Assembly (NCBI GenBank): GCA_965224245.1
Contig: OZ245046.1
Coordinates: 1,792,001-1,856,000, forward strand
Direction: 5' to 3'
From: Candidatus Eiseniibacteriota bacterium
GTDB lineage: Bacteria > Eisenbacteria > RBG-16-71-46 > CAZAMP01
DNA length: 64,000 bases
Shown: in pieces, positions 37,118 to 46,330 of the stretch
How the letters are laid out: every line of letters begins with the position of its first letter
Numbering within the stretch: position 1 is the first letter of the stretch
The notes under the pieces: generated by a model
What the model was told of the DNA's origin: nothing
Database searches by the model: none
What the model saw: the letters and a program-made list of their open reading frames with translations, nothing else
Position numbers and translations under genes: made by a program

Positions 37118-40100
37118 ATGAACCCTGCGCTCACCACGTCCGTCGTCGCGACGGCGACGTTTCTCCTCGCGTCGGTCGGATACGCCAACGGGCTCGTCAA
37201 CAAGGACTCACCCCCTCGGGTCCAGAACACGCCCAGCCTGGCGCTGAACCCGACGTTCACGCAGCAGATGTGTGCGGCTTACGTGGACGATCCCGGTGCG
37301 CTCAACGGGATCGGCACGAGCTTCAGCATCGACGGTGGCATCACGTGGATCGACAGCTACACCCCGATCCCCTCGATCATCGGGAACGAGTACGACCCCA
37401 GCCTGGTCTTCGATCCGGCCGGCTCGGTGCTCGTCGGCTTCTGCACGTACGACGCTCTGATCCCGTCACAGTCGGGCATCATGTGCGCGTTCTCGTTCGA
37501 TGGGGGCCAGAACTTCGCGCTTCCGGCTCCGATCTTCATGGGCACCGGACCGATGGGCACGATTCCCTTCGAGGTCAAGCCCAAGCTGGAGCTGGATGAC
37601 CATCCGACGAGCCCATACATGGGAACGGTGTACGGCATCTGGGAGCGAGACCTCACGAACTGGATCAACAGTCAAGCCTGCTTCTCGTGGGCACCCGCGG
37701 TCGGGGCTCCCTGGACGGCCCCTCCGACCGTGCTGAACGACGCTCCCGCGGGTGCCTGGCTGACGCTGTGGCCCGATCTCGCGGTGGGACCCGACGGACG
37801 CGTGTTCGGGGGCTGGCTCGACACCCCGTACTGGATGCAGCACCAGGGCGCGATCTACGTGGACTCCTCTCCGGACGCCGGCATGACCTGGGGACGCGAC
37901 GTCCCCGCGGTCACCTTCTGGGCGGTGCCCCAGACGTTCACCGACGTCACGGGCATCCCCACCTACACCGCGATGAGCTACCCGTCGATCGAGGTGGATC
38001 CATCCAATCCCCTGCGGGTCTGTGTCGTGTATGCGGCCGATCCGGACGACGGGACGACGATGGAGACGCGGATCGACAGAGGCGATCAGCCGCCCGGCAC
38101 GGCGGACGTACAGTTCCTGCATCCGTTCAACGGCGCCACGCAGATGGCGGCGGAGAACGGCTGGGTGCACACCGTCTGGGTCGACTATCGCGCGGGCTAC
38201 GGTGACGTGTACGCGTGCCGCTCTCAGACCGGGATCGCGACGTGGCCGTATCCCGACGTCCTGCTGAGCACGCTGGCTCCCCCGCTCCACACGGGCTCGA
38301 ACAACGCGAACGTCGCGACCAGCGGCAACGACGTCTACGTCGTGTGGGACGAGTGGAACGGGGTCGACTTCGCCAATCTCATCTTCTTGAACCGCTCCGC
38401 GGACAACGGTCAGACCTGGCTTCCGACCCCCCTCGCGCTCGACCATCAGGGGCGCACGGCCGCTCAGCCGATCGTGGTGAGCTCGGGATCCAACGTGTGC
38501 GTCGTGTGGGAGGCATTCAGCACAACGGGCGTCCGGGAGATCCGGTCCAATCGTTCGATCGACCGGGGAGTGACCTGGCTCAATCCGGAGATCCGTCTTC
38601 CGACACCGGCCGGTGTCGATGCGTTCTGGCCCCACGTCGCGTCGAGCGGGTCGATGGTCCATGCCGTCTGGTATGAGGATGCGGGGGGCGGCAACTCCGA
38701 CGTCTACGCGAGTCGCTCCACGGACGCCGGCCTGACCTGGTCGACACCGACGCGCCTCAACCAGCCCATTCCGACCATTCGCTTCGGTCCGAAGGTCGCC
38801 TGCACACCCACGGGGCAGGTCTACGTCACGTGGGTCGACAAGCGGGTCAACGGGGTCGAGAATCCGTACTTCACCATGTCGCCGGACTTCGGACTGAGCT
38901 GGACGCCCGACGTCCGGATCAACGTCGGTGTCGCCACACCCGGAACGACGATCGATCGTGACTCCCAGATCGCCTGCAACGGAAGCGACGTCTACGTGGT
39001 CTACACGAGCGATCGCCTGGGGACGGTCGGGGCCGGCCCGACCGATGCCTTCTGCGCGCACTCCGCCGATGGCGGCATGACGTGGACGGACACCCGCCTC
39101 GACACCGGTGACAGCGGCGGGCAGTGGTTCGCGGCGCTACCACGCATCAGCGTCGATGGCACCTACGTCTACGTCGTCTGGCAGGACGATCGCAACTCCC
39201 CGACGCCGCTGGGTACGTTCGACATCTACGGCACGTACTCCGTCGACGGTGGCGCGACGTGGCTGGTCCCCGACTATCGGATCGACATGGGCGACCCGCC
39301 GGGATCGTCGAGCTCGACGACACCGCACGTCGCGTCCGACTACACCGGACCGTACTACGGGTGGGAGGACGACCGGCGCGGACAGGGCGACGTGTACGTC
39401 AACCAGTACCGGACGGGACCGGACCAGGGAGACATCTTCTTCATCGAGTCTCTCGATGCCGGGCTGACCTGGTCCAACCCCCTCCGCGTCAACGACGACG
39501 TGGGCACGAACGACCAGTGCAAGCCGTGGCTCGACATCAAGCCCGCCGGCACCGTCGACGTGGTGTGGTACGACACCCGCATGGACCCCAACGACCGGAT
39601 CCTCGACGTGTTCTTCGCCGCGTACCAGCCCGGGGCGCCGGCATTCACGGCCAACGTCCCGCTCAACACGGCGCCGATCGTTCCCCCACCGTTCCCGGCG
39701 CCGGGACTCGGCGACTACATCTGGGTCGACGTGGACACGACGATGGCTCACGTCGTGTGGACCGACACGCGGCGGCCGGCGGACGCGGGGCTCGGTGACA
39801 TCTACTACGTGGCCGTCGAGAACCCCGAGCCCCTGGGCGCGGACAGTGGGGGATCCTCGTCGGAGATGCCGTCCCTGCCGTATCTCCACGCAGCGAGCCC
39901 GAACCCGTTCCGGGCCGACGCCGAGCTGACGTTCCTGCTGCCGGAGAGAATGCACGTACGGGTATCGATCTACGACGCCGTTGCTCGTCACGTGGTGACG
40001 CTCGTCGAGGAGCCCCGCGACGCGGGGACGCAGACGGTTCGATGGGACGGGTGCAATCAGAGCGGCGCGCGCGTGTCGCCGGGCGTGTACTTCTCGCGAC

Positions 40101-40150
40101 TCGAGGCGGGCGGCGTCGTTCGCGTTCGGAAGATCGTGCTCGTGAAGTGA
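37118..40150 (+). CDS. Secreted BNR/Asp-box beta-propeller protein with FlgD/T9SS-like C-terminal Ig domain
   Basis: Signal peptide; about 10 SxDxGxTW repeats; PNPF...IYD...WDG...GVYF tail. Confidence 0.85.
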   Translation: MNPALTTSVVATATFLLASVGYANGLVNKDSPPRVQNTPSLALNPTFTQQMCAAYVDDPGALNGIGTSFSIDGGITWIDSYTPIPSIIGNEYDPSLVFDPAGSVLVGFCTYDALIPSQSGIMCAFSFDGGQNFALPAPIFMGTGPMGTIPFEVKPKLELDDHPTSPYMGTVYGIWERDLTNWINSQACFSWAPAVGAPWTAPPTVLNDAPAGAWLTLWPDLAVGPDGRVFGGWLDTPYWMQHQGAIYVDSSPDAGMTWGRDVPAVTFWAVPQTFTDVTGIPTYTAMSYPSIEVDPSNPLRVCVVYAADPDDGTTMETRIDRGDQPPGTADVQFLHPFNGATQMAAENGWVHTVWVDYRAGYGDVYACRSQTGIATWPYPDVLLSTLAPPLHTGSNNANVATSGNDVYVVWDEWNGVDFANLIFLNRSADNGQTWLPTPLALDHQGRTAAQPIVVSSGSNVCVVWEAFSTTGVREIRSNRSIDRGVTWLNPEIRLPTPAGVDAFWPHVASSGSMVHAVWYEDAGGGNSDVYASRSTDAGLTWSTPTRLNQPIPTIRFGPKVACTPTGQVYVTWVDKRVNGVENPYFTMSPDFGLSWTPDVRINVGVATPGTTIDRDSQIACNGSDVYVVYTSDRLGTVGAGPTDAFCAHSADGGMTWTDTRLDTGDSGGQWFAALPRISVDGTYVYVVWQDDRNSPTPLGTFDIYGTYSVDGGATWLVPDYRIDMGDPPGSSSSTTPHVASDYTGPYYGWEDDRRGQGDVYVNQYRTGPDQGDIFFIESLDAGLTWSNPLRVNDDVGTNDQCKPWLDIKPAGTVDVVWYDTRMDPNDRILDVFFAAYQPGAPAFTANVPLNTAPIVPPPFPAPGLGDYIWVDVDTTMAHVVWTDTRRPADAGLGDIYYVAVENPEPLGADSGGSSSEMPSLPYLHAASPNPFRADAELTFLLPERMHVRVSIYDAVARHVVTLVEEPRDAGTQTVRWDGCNQSGARVSPGVYFSRLEAGGVVRVRKIVLVK

Positions 40151-40172
40151 CGGGCCACCGTGTCGTGGCGGC

Positions 40173-40205
40173 GGCGCGGCCGGGAGTCGACTCCCGCGCC
40201 GCGCC
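40173..40205. terminator. Hairpin between convergent genes
   Basis: GGCGCGGC-CGGGAG-tcga-CTCCCG-c-GCCGCGCC. Confidence 0.5.
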
Positions 40206-40217
40206 GGCGTCGTGGGA

Positions 40218-40586
40218 TCAGACGCTGAGCGTGGCCGCGCCCGCACGAATGAGCTCGTGCATCGCGGAGGCTCCCACGACCGTCACCGACTCGAGCAGAT
40301 CGTCCGGCGTGTAGCCGCGGACGCCCGCACAGGGCGGACACACGAGCACCTGGCCGCCGGCCGCGATCATGCCCTGGATCATGTCCTTCATCGGAGGATC
40401 GAGGGGGTTCAGTCGGGCCACCTCGGCGGCGCCCTTTCGCACCCAGTCCACTCCGGAGCTGGCAAGGAACACCGTGACCTCGAGACCGGACGCGATACCG
40501 GAGTTGGCGACGCTCCACCCCACCGATGCGCGCTCGTCGTCCATGCCACGCGTGATCATCACGACCAGCTTCTTGCTCTCTGACAT
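40218..40586 (-). CDS. DsrE-family protein
   Basis: AAGGAG RBS; MSESKKLVVMITRG...VFLASSGV...VCPPCAGVRG. Confidence 0.88.
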   Translation of the reverse strand: MSESKKLVVMITRGMDDERASVGWSVANSGIASGLEVTVFLASSGVDWVRKGAAEVARLNPLDPPMKDMIQGMIAAGGQVLVCPPCAGVRGYTPDDLLESVTVVGASAMHELIRAGAATLSV

Positions 40587-40753
40587 CTTGGAACTCCTTG
40601 CCTGGGAAGCAGTGATGGTGTCGTCGCGCCGCGGTGCGCCGCGCGACGTCTCTCGGAAGGTCCATTCGAGATCGGTGCCGGAAACCTGCAATCGCACCCC
40701 GGGACAATCGAGGTCAGGGCCGGGCCCCACGCCGGACTAGGGGCGGCGAGCGG

Positions 40754-41281
40754 CTAGTTCGCGCCGGGCCCGGCGGGCTCGTCGTTCTCGGACCAGTGCG
40801 CATGCGTGAGTCGCCATCCGTCGTCGCGACGGATCCAGATCTCGGTCCCGCGCGCCTTGATGTCCGCTCCCTTCTTCCACTGCACGCGCATCGCGTACGT
40901 GTGCCACGCGACGTCCCCGTTCACGACGACCTGATTGGCCGACTCGTCGAGCCACTCGGCCGCCCCCACGCGCGACCACATCTGCTCGAGGCCCCACTCG
41001 ACCACGGAGATCGACTCGAAGTCCAGCGTGCCCCGGGGGTGGAACAGCCTCAGGTCCTCCGAGTCGTCCAGGAGACGGGTCACGTGCTCGACCTTCATGG
41101 TCGAGTACGCCTTCATCAGCCGCTCGTGGGCGGCCCGAACCGCCTGTCGGTCCGCCTCCAGCGCGTCGTCCGACGCGGCGCCCCGGGCGGAGGCCACGAG
41201 GCCCCCGAGAACCCCGATGACGATGAGCAGGCCGACCGTGCCCGCCGCGACGGCTCGCCAGGTCCAGAAGATGCGTCGCAT
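40754..41281 (-). CDS. Exported or anchored NTF2/SnoaL-like protein
   Basis: GGAGGAG RBS; N-terminal hydrophobic segment; GDVAW...RGTEIWIRRDDGWRLTHAHWS. Confidence 0.8.
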   Translation of the reverse strand: MRRIFWTWRAVAAGTVGLLIVIGVLGGLVASARGAASDDALEADRQAVRAAHERLMKAYSTMKVEHVTRLLDDSEDLRLFHPRGTLDFESISVVEWGLEQMWSRVGAAEWLDESANQVVVNGDVAWHTYAMRVQWKKGADIKARGTEIWIRRDDGWRLTHAHWSENDEPAGPGAN

Positions 41282-41505
41282 GTACTCCTCCATCCGGAGA
41301 TCGACTCGGGTCCGGGCGGACGGTCCATCGGGCGGCCGCGCCGGTGGGACGAGACCAACGCTAACCCCTCGCCGGCGGCGCGATCCAGCGATTTGGGTCG
41401 TTGGCGCGCGGCCCGGCGCCGATCCGCCCGCGGCCTTGCGTCGAGGGTAATGTCCAGATATATTTCTCATCATAGAGTCGCACGACCGCAGCAAGGAGGT
41501 TCCGT

Positions 41506-43053
41506 CTGCCCCTGCCAACCCCATCACATCCGGACCCGGATACGTCCGGGCCGCCGAGCCACGATGGACGGGGACTCGTCCTGTTGACCGGAGCCAGTGG
41601 CTACGTCGGCGGCCGCCTGCGCCGCCGTCTCGAGTCAGCCGGGCGGCGCCTGCGCTGTCTGGCGCGCAGTCCCGAGACCGTGGCGGCTCGCGCCGGCGCG
41701 GGCACGGAGGTCGTCCGGGGAGACGTGCTGGACCCGGCGAGCCTCGAACGCGCCATGCGCGGCGTGCACGACGCAGTGTACCTCGTTCACTCGATGGGCA
41801 CCTCCGACTTCGAGGCCCGCGATCGCGAGGGGGCCCGGAACTTCGCCCGGGCGGCCCGCGCGGCCGGCGTGCGGCGGATCGTGTATCTCGGCGGACTCGC
41901 CCGCAACGACGAGGCGCTCTCTCCCCATCTCCGGAGCCGCCACGAGGTCGGCGAAATCCTGCGAGCATCCGGCGTCCCCACGATCGAGCTCCGCGCATCG
42001 ATCGTGCTGGGATCGGGCAGTCTCTCGTTCGAGATGATCCGCTCACTGGTCGAGGCGCTCCCGATCATGGTCACCCCGAAGTGGGTGCGGGTGGAGGCGC
42101 AGCCGATCGCGATCGAGGACCTCCTGGACTACCTGATCGGGGTGCTCGAGCTTCCGACAGAGGACAGCCACGTGTTCGAGATCGGCGGCGCGGACCGCGT
42201 CTCCTACGGCGATCTGATGATCGAGTACGCGCGTCAGCGAGGCATGAGACGGGTCATGCTGCCGGTTCCGGTGCTGACGCCGTGGCTGTCGAGCCTGTGG
42301 CTCGGGATCGTGACGCCGCTCTACGCGCGGGTCGGCAAGAAGCTGATCCAGAGCATCGAGCATCCGAGCGTGGTGCGTGACACGCGGGCCCTCACGGTGT
42401 TCACGGTGCGACCGCGGGGCATGACGGACGCGATCGCGAGCGCGCTTCGCCACGAGGAGAGCGAGTTCGCCGAGACGCGATGGTTCGACGCCGTCTCGTC
42501 GGGGGTGTCCGGCGACACCACGCGCACGATGCGGTACCACAACCGCGTGATCGATACTCGCTGGCGACGGGTCGGGGTCGCGCCGGCCGAGGCCTTTCGC
42601 CCCATCCGCGAGATCGGCGGCCGCCGCGGGTGGTACGCGTACGACCGGCTGTGGAAGCTGAGGGGCTTCCTCGACCTCCTCGTCGGAGGCGTCGGCGTGC
42701 GGCGCGGCCGCACCCACCCGAACACGCTGGTCATCGGGGATGCCCTGGACTTCTGGCGGGTCGAGGCCTACGAGGCCGACCGCCTCGTACGACTCGCAGC
42801 CGAGATGAAGGTCCCCGGCCGGGCGTGGCTCGAGTTCGAGGTCACGCCGGACGGCTCGGGAGCCCGGATCCGACAGACGGCCATGTTCGATCCGCGCGGT
42901 CTGAACGGGCTCGTCTACTGGCACGCGCTCCGACCCATTCACGCCGTCGTCTTTCGCGGGATGCTCGACGGGATCGCCCGGGCCGCCGTTCGCGGAGCCG
43001 AGACCCGGGGCAAAGGCGACGCCCGCATGCTCGGGGCGGGCCGCACGCGATGA
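41506..43053 (+). CDS. NAD(P)-binding SDR with DUF2867 domain (YbjT-like); possible CTG start
   Basis: LVLLTGASGYVG, YLVHSM, HLRSRHEVG, GSGSLSFEM, LDFWRVE, AEMKVPGRAWLEF. ORF-track start is TTG 41584. Confidence 0.9.
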   Translation: MPLPTPSHPDPDTSGPPSHDGRGLVLLTGASGYVGGRLRRRLESAGRRLRCLARSPETVAARAGAGTEVVRGDVLDPASLERAMRGVHDAVYLVHSMGTSDFEARDREGARNFARAARAAGVRRIVYLGGLARNDEALSPHLRSRHEVGEILRASGVPTIELRASIVLGSGSLSFEMIRSLVEALPIMVTPKWVRVEAQPIAIEDLLDYLIGVLELPTEDSHVFEIGGADRVSYGDLMIEYARQRGMRRVMLPVPVLTPWLSSLWLGIVTPLYARVGKKLIQSIEHPSVVRDTRALTVFTVRPRGMTDAIASALRHEESEFAETRWFDAVSSGVSGDTTRTMRYHNRVIDTRWRRVGVAPAEAFRPIREIGGRRGWYAYDRLWKLRGFLDLLVGGVGVRRGRTHPNTLVIGDALDFWRVEAYEADRLVRLAAEMKVPGRAWLEFEVTPDGSGARIRQTAMFDPRGLNGLVYWHALRPIHAVVFRGMLDGIARAAVRGAETRGKGDARMLGAGRTR

Positions 43054-43230
43054 CGGCGGCTTCGAGCGACCTCCGTTCCGAGATGGACGGACCCGTGCGC
43101 ACGCTCGCGATCGTGTTCGGCGATCAGCTCGACGGAGGCTCCCCGGCCCTCGACGGGCTGGACGGTCCTGGCCGACGAGAAAGGACACCGGCGCCAGTTC
43201 CTGGGCTTCCCCGAGGAGTACGAGAAGTAG
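43050..43230 (+). pseudogene. Chimeric remnant: photolyase-related N-terminus joined out of frame to a ferritin-like C-terminus
   Basis: RTLAIVFGDQLD (DPRP/CryB-PhrB-type start), then at 43165-43230 VLADEKGHRRQFLGFPEEYEK* in another frame. Confidence 0.6.
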
Positions 43231-43270
43231 CCCGGTCCGCGGCATCCGCGTTGGTGCGTCCGGCGGGTCG

Positions 43271-44350
43271 TCAGCCACGCGCCAGCGCGGCGTGGATGCG
43301 CATGTACTCGCTGATGTTCTCGATCGTGACCAGCCCGACGAGGCGCCCGTCGTCCACGACGGGCATCGTCCGGCACGAAGACCCCTGCAGCCGCTGGAAC
43401 GCGCGCTCGGTCATCTCGGTCACCCCCGCCGTCTCGAACTCGGCGCGCATGAACGCCCGGACCGGTCGCGCACGGCCGTCGTGCTGGAGACCCTTCAGCA
43501 GGTCCGCCTGGGTGAGGATGCCGACGACACGTCCGCCCTCGAGGATCGGAAAGTCGGTCTGGGATCCGGCGATCGTCAGCTCCACCGCCGCCTGCAACGG
43601 ATCGGCCACGTCCAGCGTCCGGAAGTCGGTGATCATCACCCGCCACACCGGGACCCCCGAGAGTGCGTGGCGCATCTCGACGAGGCTCGACTCCTGCGCG
43701 GCCCCGATCCACACGAAGAGCGCCACGACCACGAGAAACGGGTTCGAGAACAGGCCCACGAATCCGAGGACGAACGCCACGGCCTGCCCGACGTTCGCGG
43801 CCAGGTGTGTCGCCCGCGCATACGGAAGCCGCGTGGCCAGGAGCGCGCGCAGCACGCGCCCCCCGTCCATCGGGAACGCCGGGATCAGGTTGAACAGCAC
43901 GAGGAACACGTTCACGACGACCAGCCGCTCGAAGAACGATCCCCTCGTCATCCCCAGCTGATCCAGCGGGTGCCAGGAGTTGGTGAGGATCAGCATCATC
44001 CCCAGGCCGATCGCGATCACGACGTTGACCGCCGGACCGGCAAACGCCACCAGGAGCTCCTGTCGCGGATCCTCGGGAATGCGCTCGAGGCGAGCCACGC
44101 CCCCGATCGGGAGCAGCACGATGTCGCGCGTGCCGATGCCGAACCGGCGGGCCGTGAGCGCGTGTCCGTACTCGTGAAGCACCACGCACAGGAAGATCGA
44201 CAGGACGAACGCCACGCCCTCGATCGCGGCGGTGATCGATCGACCGGCAACGAGGTGCGAGACGCCGATCCACGCGATCAGCAGGACGAAGGTCGCGTGC
44301 ACGAACACGCCGATGCCGGCGAACTCCCCCAGCTTCCAGGACCACTTCAT
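43271..44350 (-). CDS. Site-2 protease (M50) with CBS pair
   Basis: HEYGH, NLIPAFPMDGGR, C-terminal CBS domains. Confidence 0.95.
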   Translation of the reverse strand: MKWSWKLGEFAGIGVFVHATFVLLIAWIGVSHLVAGRSITAAIEGVAFVLSIFLCVVLHEYGHALTARRFGIGTRDIVLLPIGGVARLERIPEDPRQELLVAFAGPAVNVVIAIGLGMMLILTNSWHPLDQLGMTRGSFFERLVVVNVFLVLFNLIPAFPMDGGRVLRALLATRLPYARATHLAANVGQAVAFVLGFVGLFSNPFLVVVALFVWIGAAQESSLVEMRHALSGVPVWRVMITDFRTLDVADPLQAAVELTIAGSQTDFPILEGGRVVGILTQADLLKGLQHDGRARPVRAFMRAEFETAGVTEMTERAFQRLQGSSCRTMPVVDDGRLVGLVTIENISEYMRIHAALARG

Positions 44351-44544
44351 CGCTCGCGACCTCCTCGACGAGCGCCCGACCCCGGTCGTTCGCCGGCCGT
44401 TCGCTTCGTTCTGCGACTCCTCGCGTGCGGAGAGTGTATCGAACTGAGACGGTCCAGGTTCCCTTCGATCGCAACGGCCGCACCGTGTCCGCGCAATCTG
44501 CGATGGGACGCGTCACTGCGCACCTCCCCCGACGGAGGAGCCGC

Positions 44545-44560
44545 TGGCACACCCGATGCT
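44545..44560 (+). promoter_or_regulatory. Sigma54 -24/-12 promoter of the Hsp20 pair
   Basis: TGGCACACCCGATGCT (GG-N10-GC), 69 bp before ATG 44629. Confidence 0.75.
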
Positions 44561-44628
44561 ATCTGTCCATGTCGTGCCGGCGTCCCGGGGACCCGGGACG
44601 CGACGGACGCGAAAGGAGGGTTCGCATC

Positions 44629-45096
44629 ATGCAGACGTCGTGGGATCTGTTCCGGGAGATGGATGCGATCCGGCAGGAGTTCGATCGCGTCTTCCGAGAC
44701 GCGGGCTTCGAGCGCGGTGGGCTGCCACTGGGTCGGTTCTCGTTTCTTCCCGCGCAGAGCGCCCGGACCTACCCGCTCACGAACGTGAGCGAGGACGAGA
44801 CGACCGTCTACGTGGACGCGCTCGCCCCCGGGCTGGAGCCGTCATCGCTTTCGCTGAACGTCGTTCGGAACCAGCTCCAGATCACCGGTCACAAGCCCGG
44901 CAACGACGCCTCGGTCGATCCGGCCGCCTACCATCGGAGCGAACGCGCCGCCGCGCGCTTCGCCCGCACGGTGACGCTGCCGGCCGAGGTGGACTCCGAC
45001 GAGGCGAATGCCCGCTACCGGAACGGCATCCTCCGGATCTCGCTGCCGAAGTCCGAGGCGGCAAAGCCGCGCCAGATCCAGGTGACCGTGAGCTGA
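44629..45096 (+). CDS. Hsp20/alpha-crystallin small heat-shock protein
   Basis: AAAGGAGG RBS; YP..NV.E, YHRSER, ARYRNGILRISLPK. Confidence 0.93.
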   Translation: MQTSWDLFREMDAIRQEFDRVFRDAGFERGGLPLGRFSFLPAQSARTYPLTNVSEDETTVYVDALAPGLEPSSLSLNVVRNQLQITGHKPGNDASVDPAAYHRSERAAARFARTVTLPAEVDSDEANARYRNGILRISLPKSEAAKPRQIQVTVS

Positions 45097-45151
45097 CCGT
45101 CGTCCGGGTGACCGGACGCGGACCGGACCCATTCGATGAAAGGAGCGCACC

Positions 45152-45544
45152 ATGGCCGAGCAGACCGTACCGGCCACGACGGACCGGACCGAACGAACCC
45201 CGGCGACCCGTGACGACGAGCGTTTCTCGACGCCGCCGGTCGACATCTACGAGACCGACGACGAGCTCGTCGTCGTCGCCGATCTGCCCGGCGTCGACAA
45301 GTCGGCGCTCGACGTTCGCGTCGAGGACGGAAGACTGACCATTCAGGGGCGGGCCGCGCACGAGATGCCGGGGCTGCCCGTCCGCGAGGAGTTCGAGCTG
45401 GGGACGTTCTTCCGCCAGTTCGAGCTGGCCGAGATCGTGGACCAGACGGCGATCAAGGCCGAGCTGAGGAACGGGGTCCTGACCCTGCATCTGCCGAAGG
45501 CCGACGAGGTCAAGCCGAGGTCGATCAGCGTGGAGGTGGCCTGA
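45152..45544 (+). CDS. Hsp20/alpha-crystallin small heat-shock protein
   Basis: PPVDIYET, ADLPGV, NGVLTLHLPK. Confidence 0.95.
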   Translation: MAEQTVPATTDRTERTPATRDDERFSTPPVDIYETDDELVVVADLPGVDKSALDVRVEDGRLTIQGRAAHEMPGLPVREEFELGTFFRQFELAEIVDQTAIKAELRNGVLTLHLPKADEVKPRSISVEVA

Positions 45545-45547
45545 TCC

Positions 45548-45571
45548 GGGCCCGCGGCTCGCCGTGGGCCC
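45548..45571 (+). terminator. Hairpin after the Hsp20 pair
   Basis: GGGCCCGCGG-ctcg-CCGTGGGCCC (one G-U pair); no U-tract. Confidence 0.4.
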
Positions 45572-45990
45572 GCGCGGTCCGGCGAGCCGCCGGCGATGCG
45601 CGCAAGATGAGGCTCGTCAATCAGTTGGGGAGCTGATCGCTCGCATCACACGATCTCGGCGGGCACCGCTCCCGCGGGCGTCCGCCGAGGTCGAGTCATC
45701 GTCTCACTGCCTCCCCGCACCGCCGCCACGCGGCCGAAACCGGCCACGAACCTCAGGTAATTTCTCGATTGGCTGCCCCATGAAGTTGTACAACGGTCAG
45801 TTACGGGATTGGCCAAATCCGGACACCTGGGCTAGAGTTGTATGCAGGTTCGTCGATCGTTCGCGTTCCCGCGACCATGACGCGCGACTTCACGGGCTGA
45901 CCGACCGTGGAGCTCCGGCGCAACGATCGAGTGTTGGAGAGGGTTTCCTGCGCCGCGCCGGGCCCCCACGACAATCAGGAGGTTACCCAC

Positions 45991-46329
45991 GTGGCCCTGC
46001 GTGTATGTGTATTGTGGCTGTGCGTGTTCGCGTTGGCCAGCGGCGCCGGGGCATGTCCCGACGTCGTGCACCTGAGTGCGACGTCGAACTGGGAAACGCA
46101 CACGCTCGTCGATGCAGAGAGTGGGTCGCCGGTCGTCGCCATGTTCGACGTGACCGCGATCGGGCCCGAGACGGACGTCGAGGTGTTCGACGGGTCCGAA
46201 TGGGTGGCCGTCTCGGCGGGCTCGTCGACGCCCGGCACGATGGTCCGGCTCACGAGCGGAGGCGACGCGTCGGTCGCCTATCGAGTCGACGGGTGCGAGG
46301 ACGACATCATCATCTGGCCGGACGAGTAG
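45991..46329 (+). CDS. Small secreted hypothetical protein (112 aa)
   Basis: AGGAGG RBS before GTG; signal peptide ending in AGA; acidic beta-rich mature part with a Cys near each end. Confidence 0.65.
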   Translation: MALRVCVLWLCVFALASGAGACPDVVHLSATSNWETHTLVDAESGSPVVAMFDVTAIGPETDVEVFDGSEWVAVSAGSSTPGTMVRLTSGGDASVAYRVDGCEDDIIIWPDE

Positions 46330-46330
46330 A

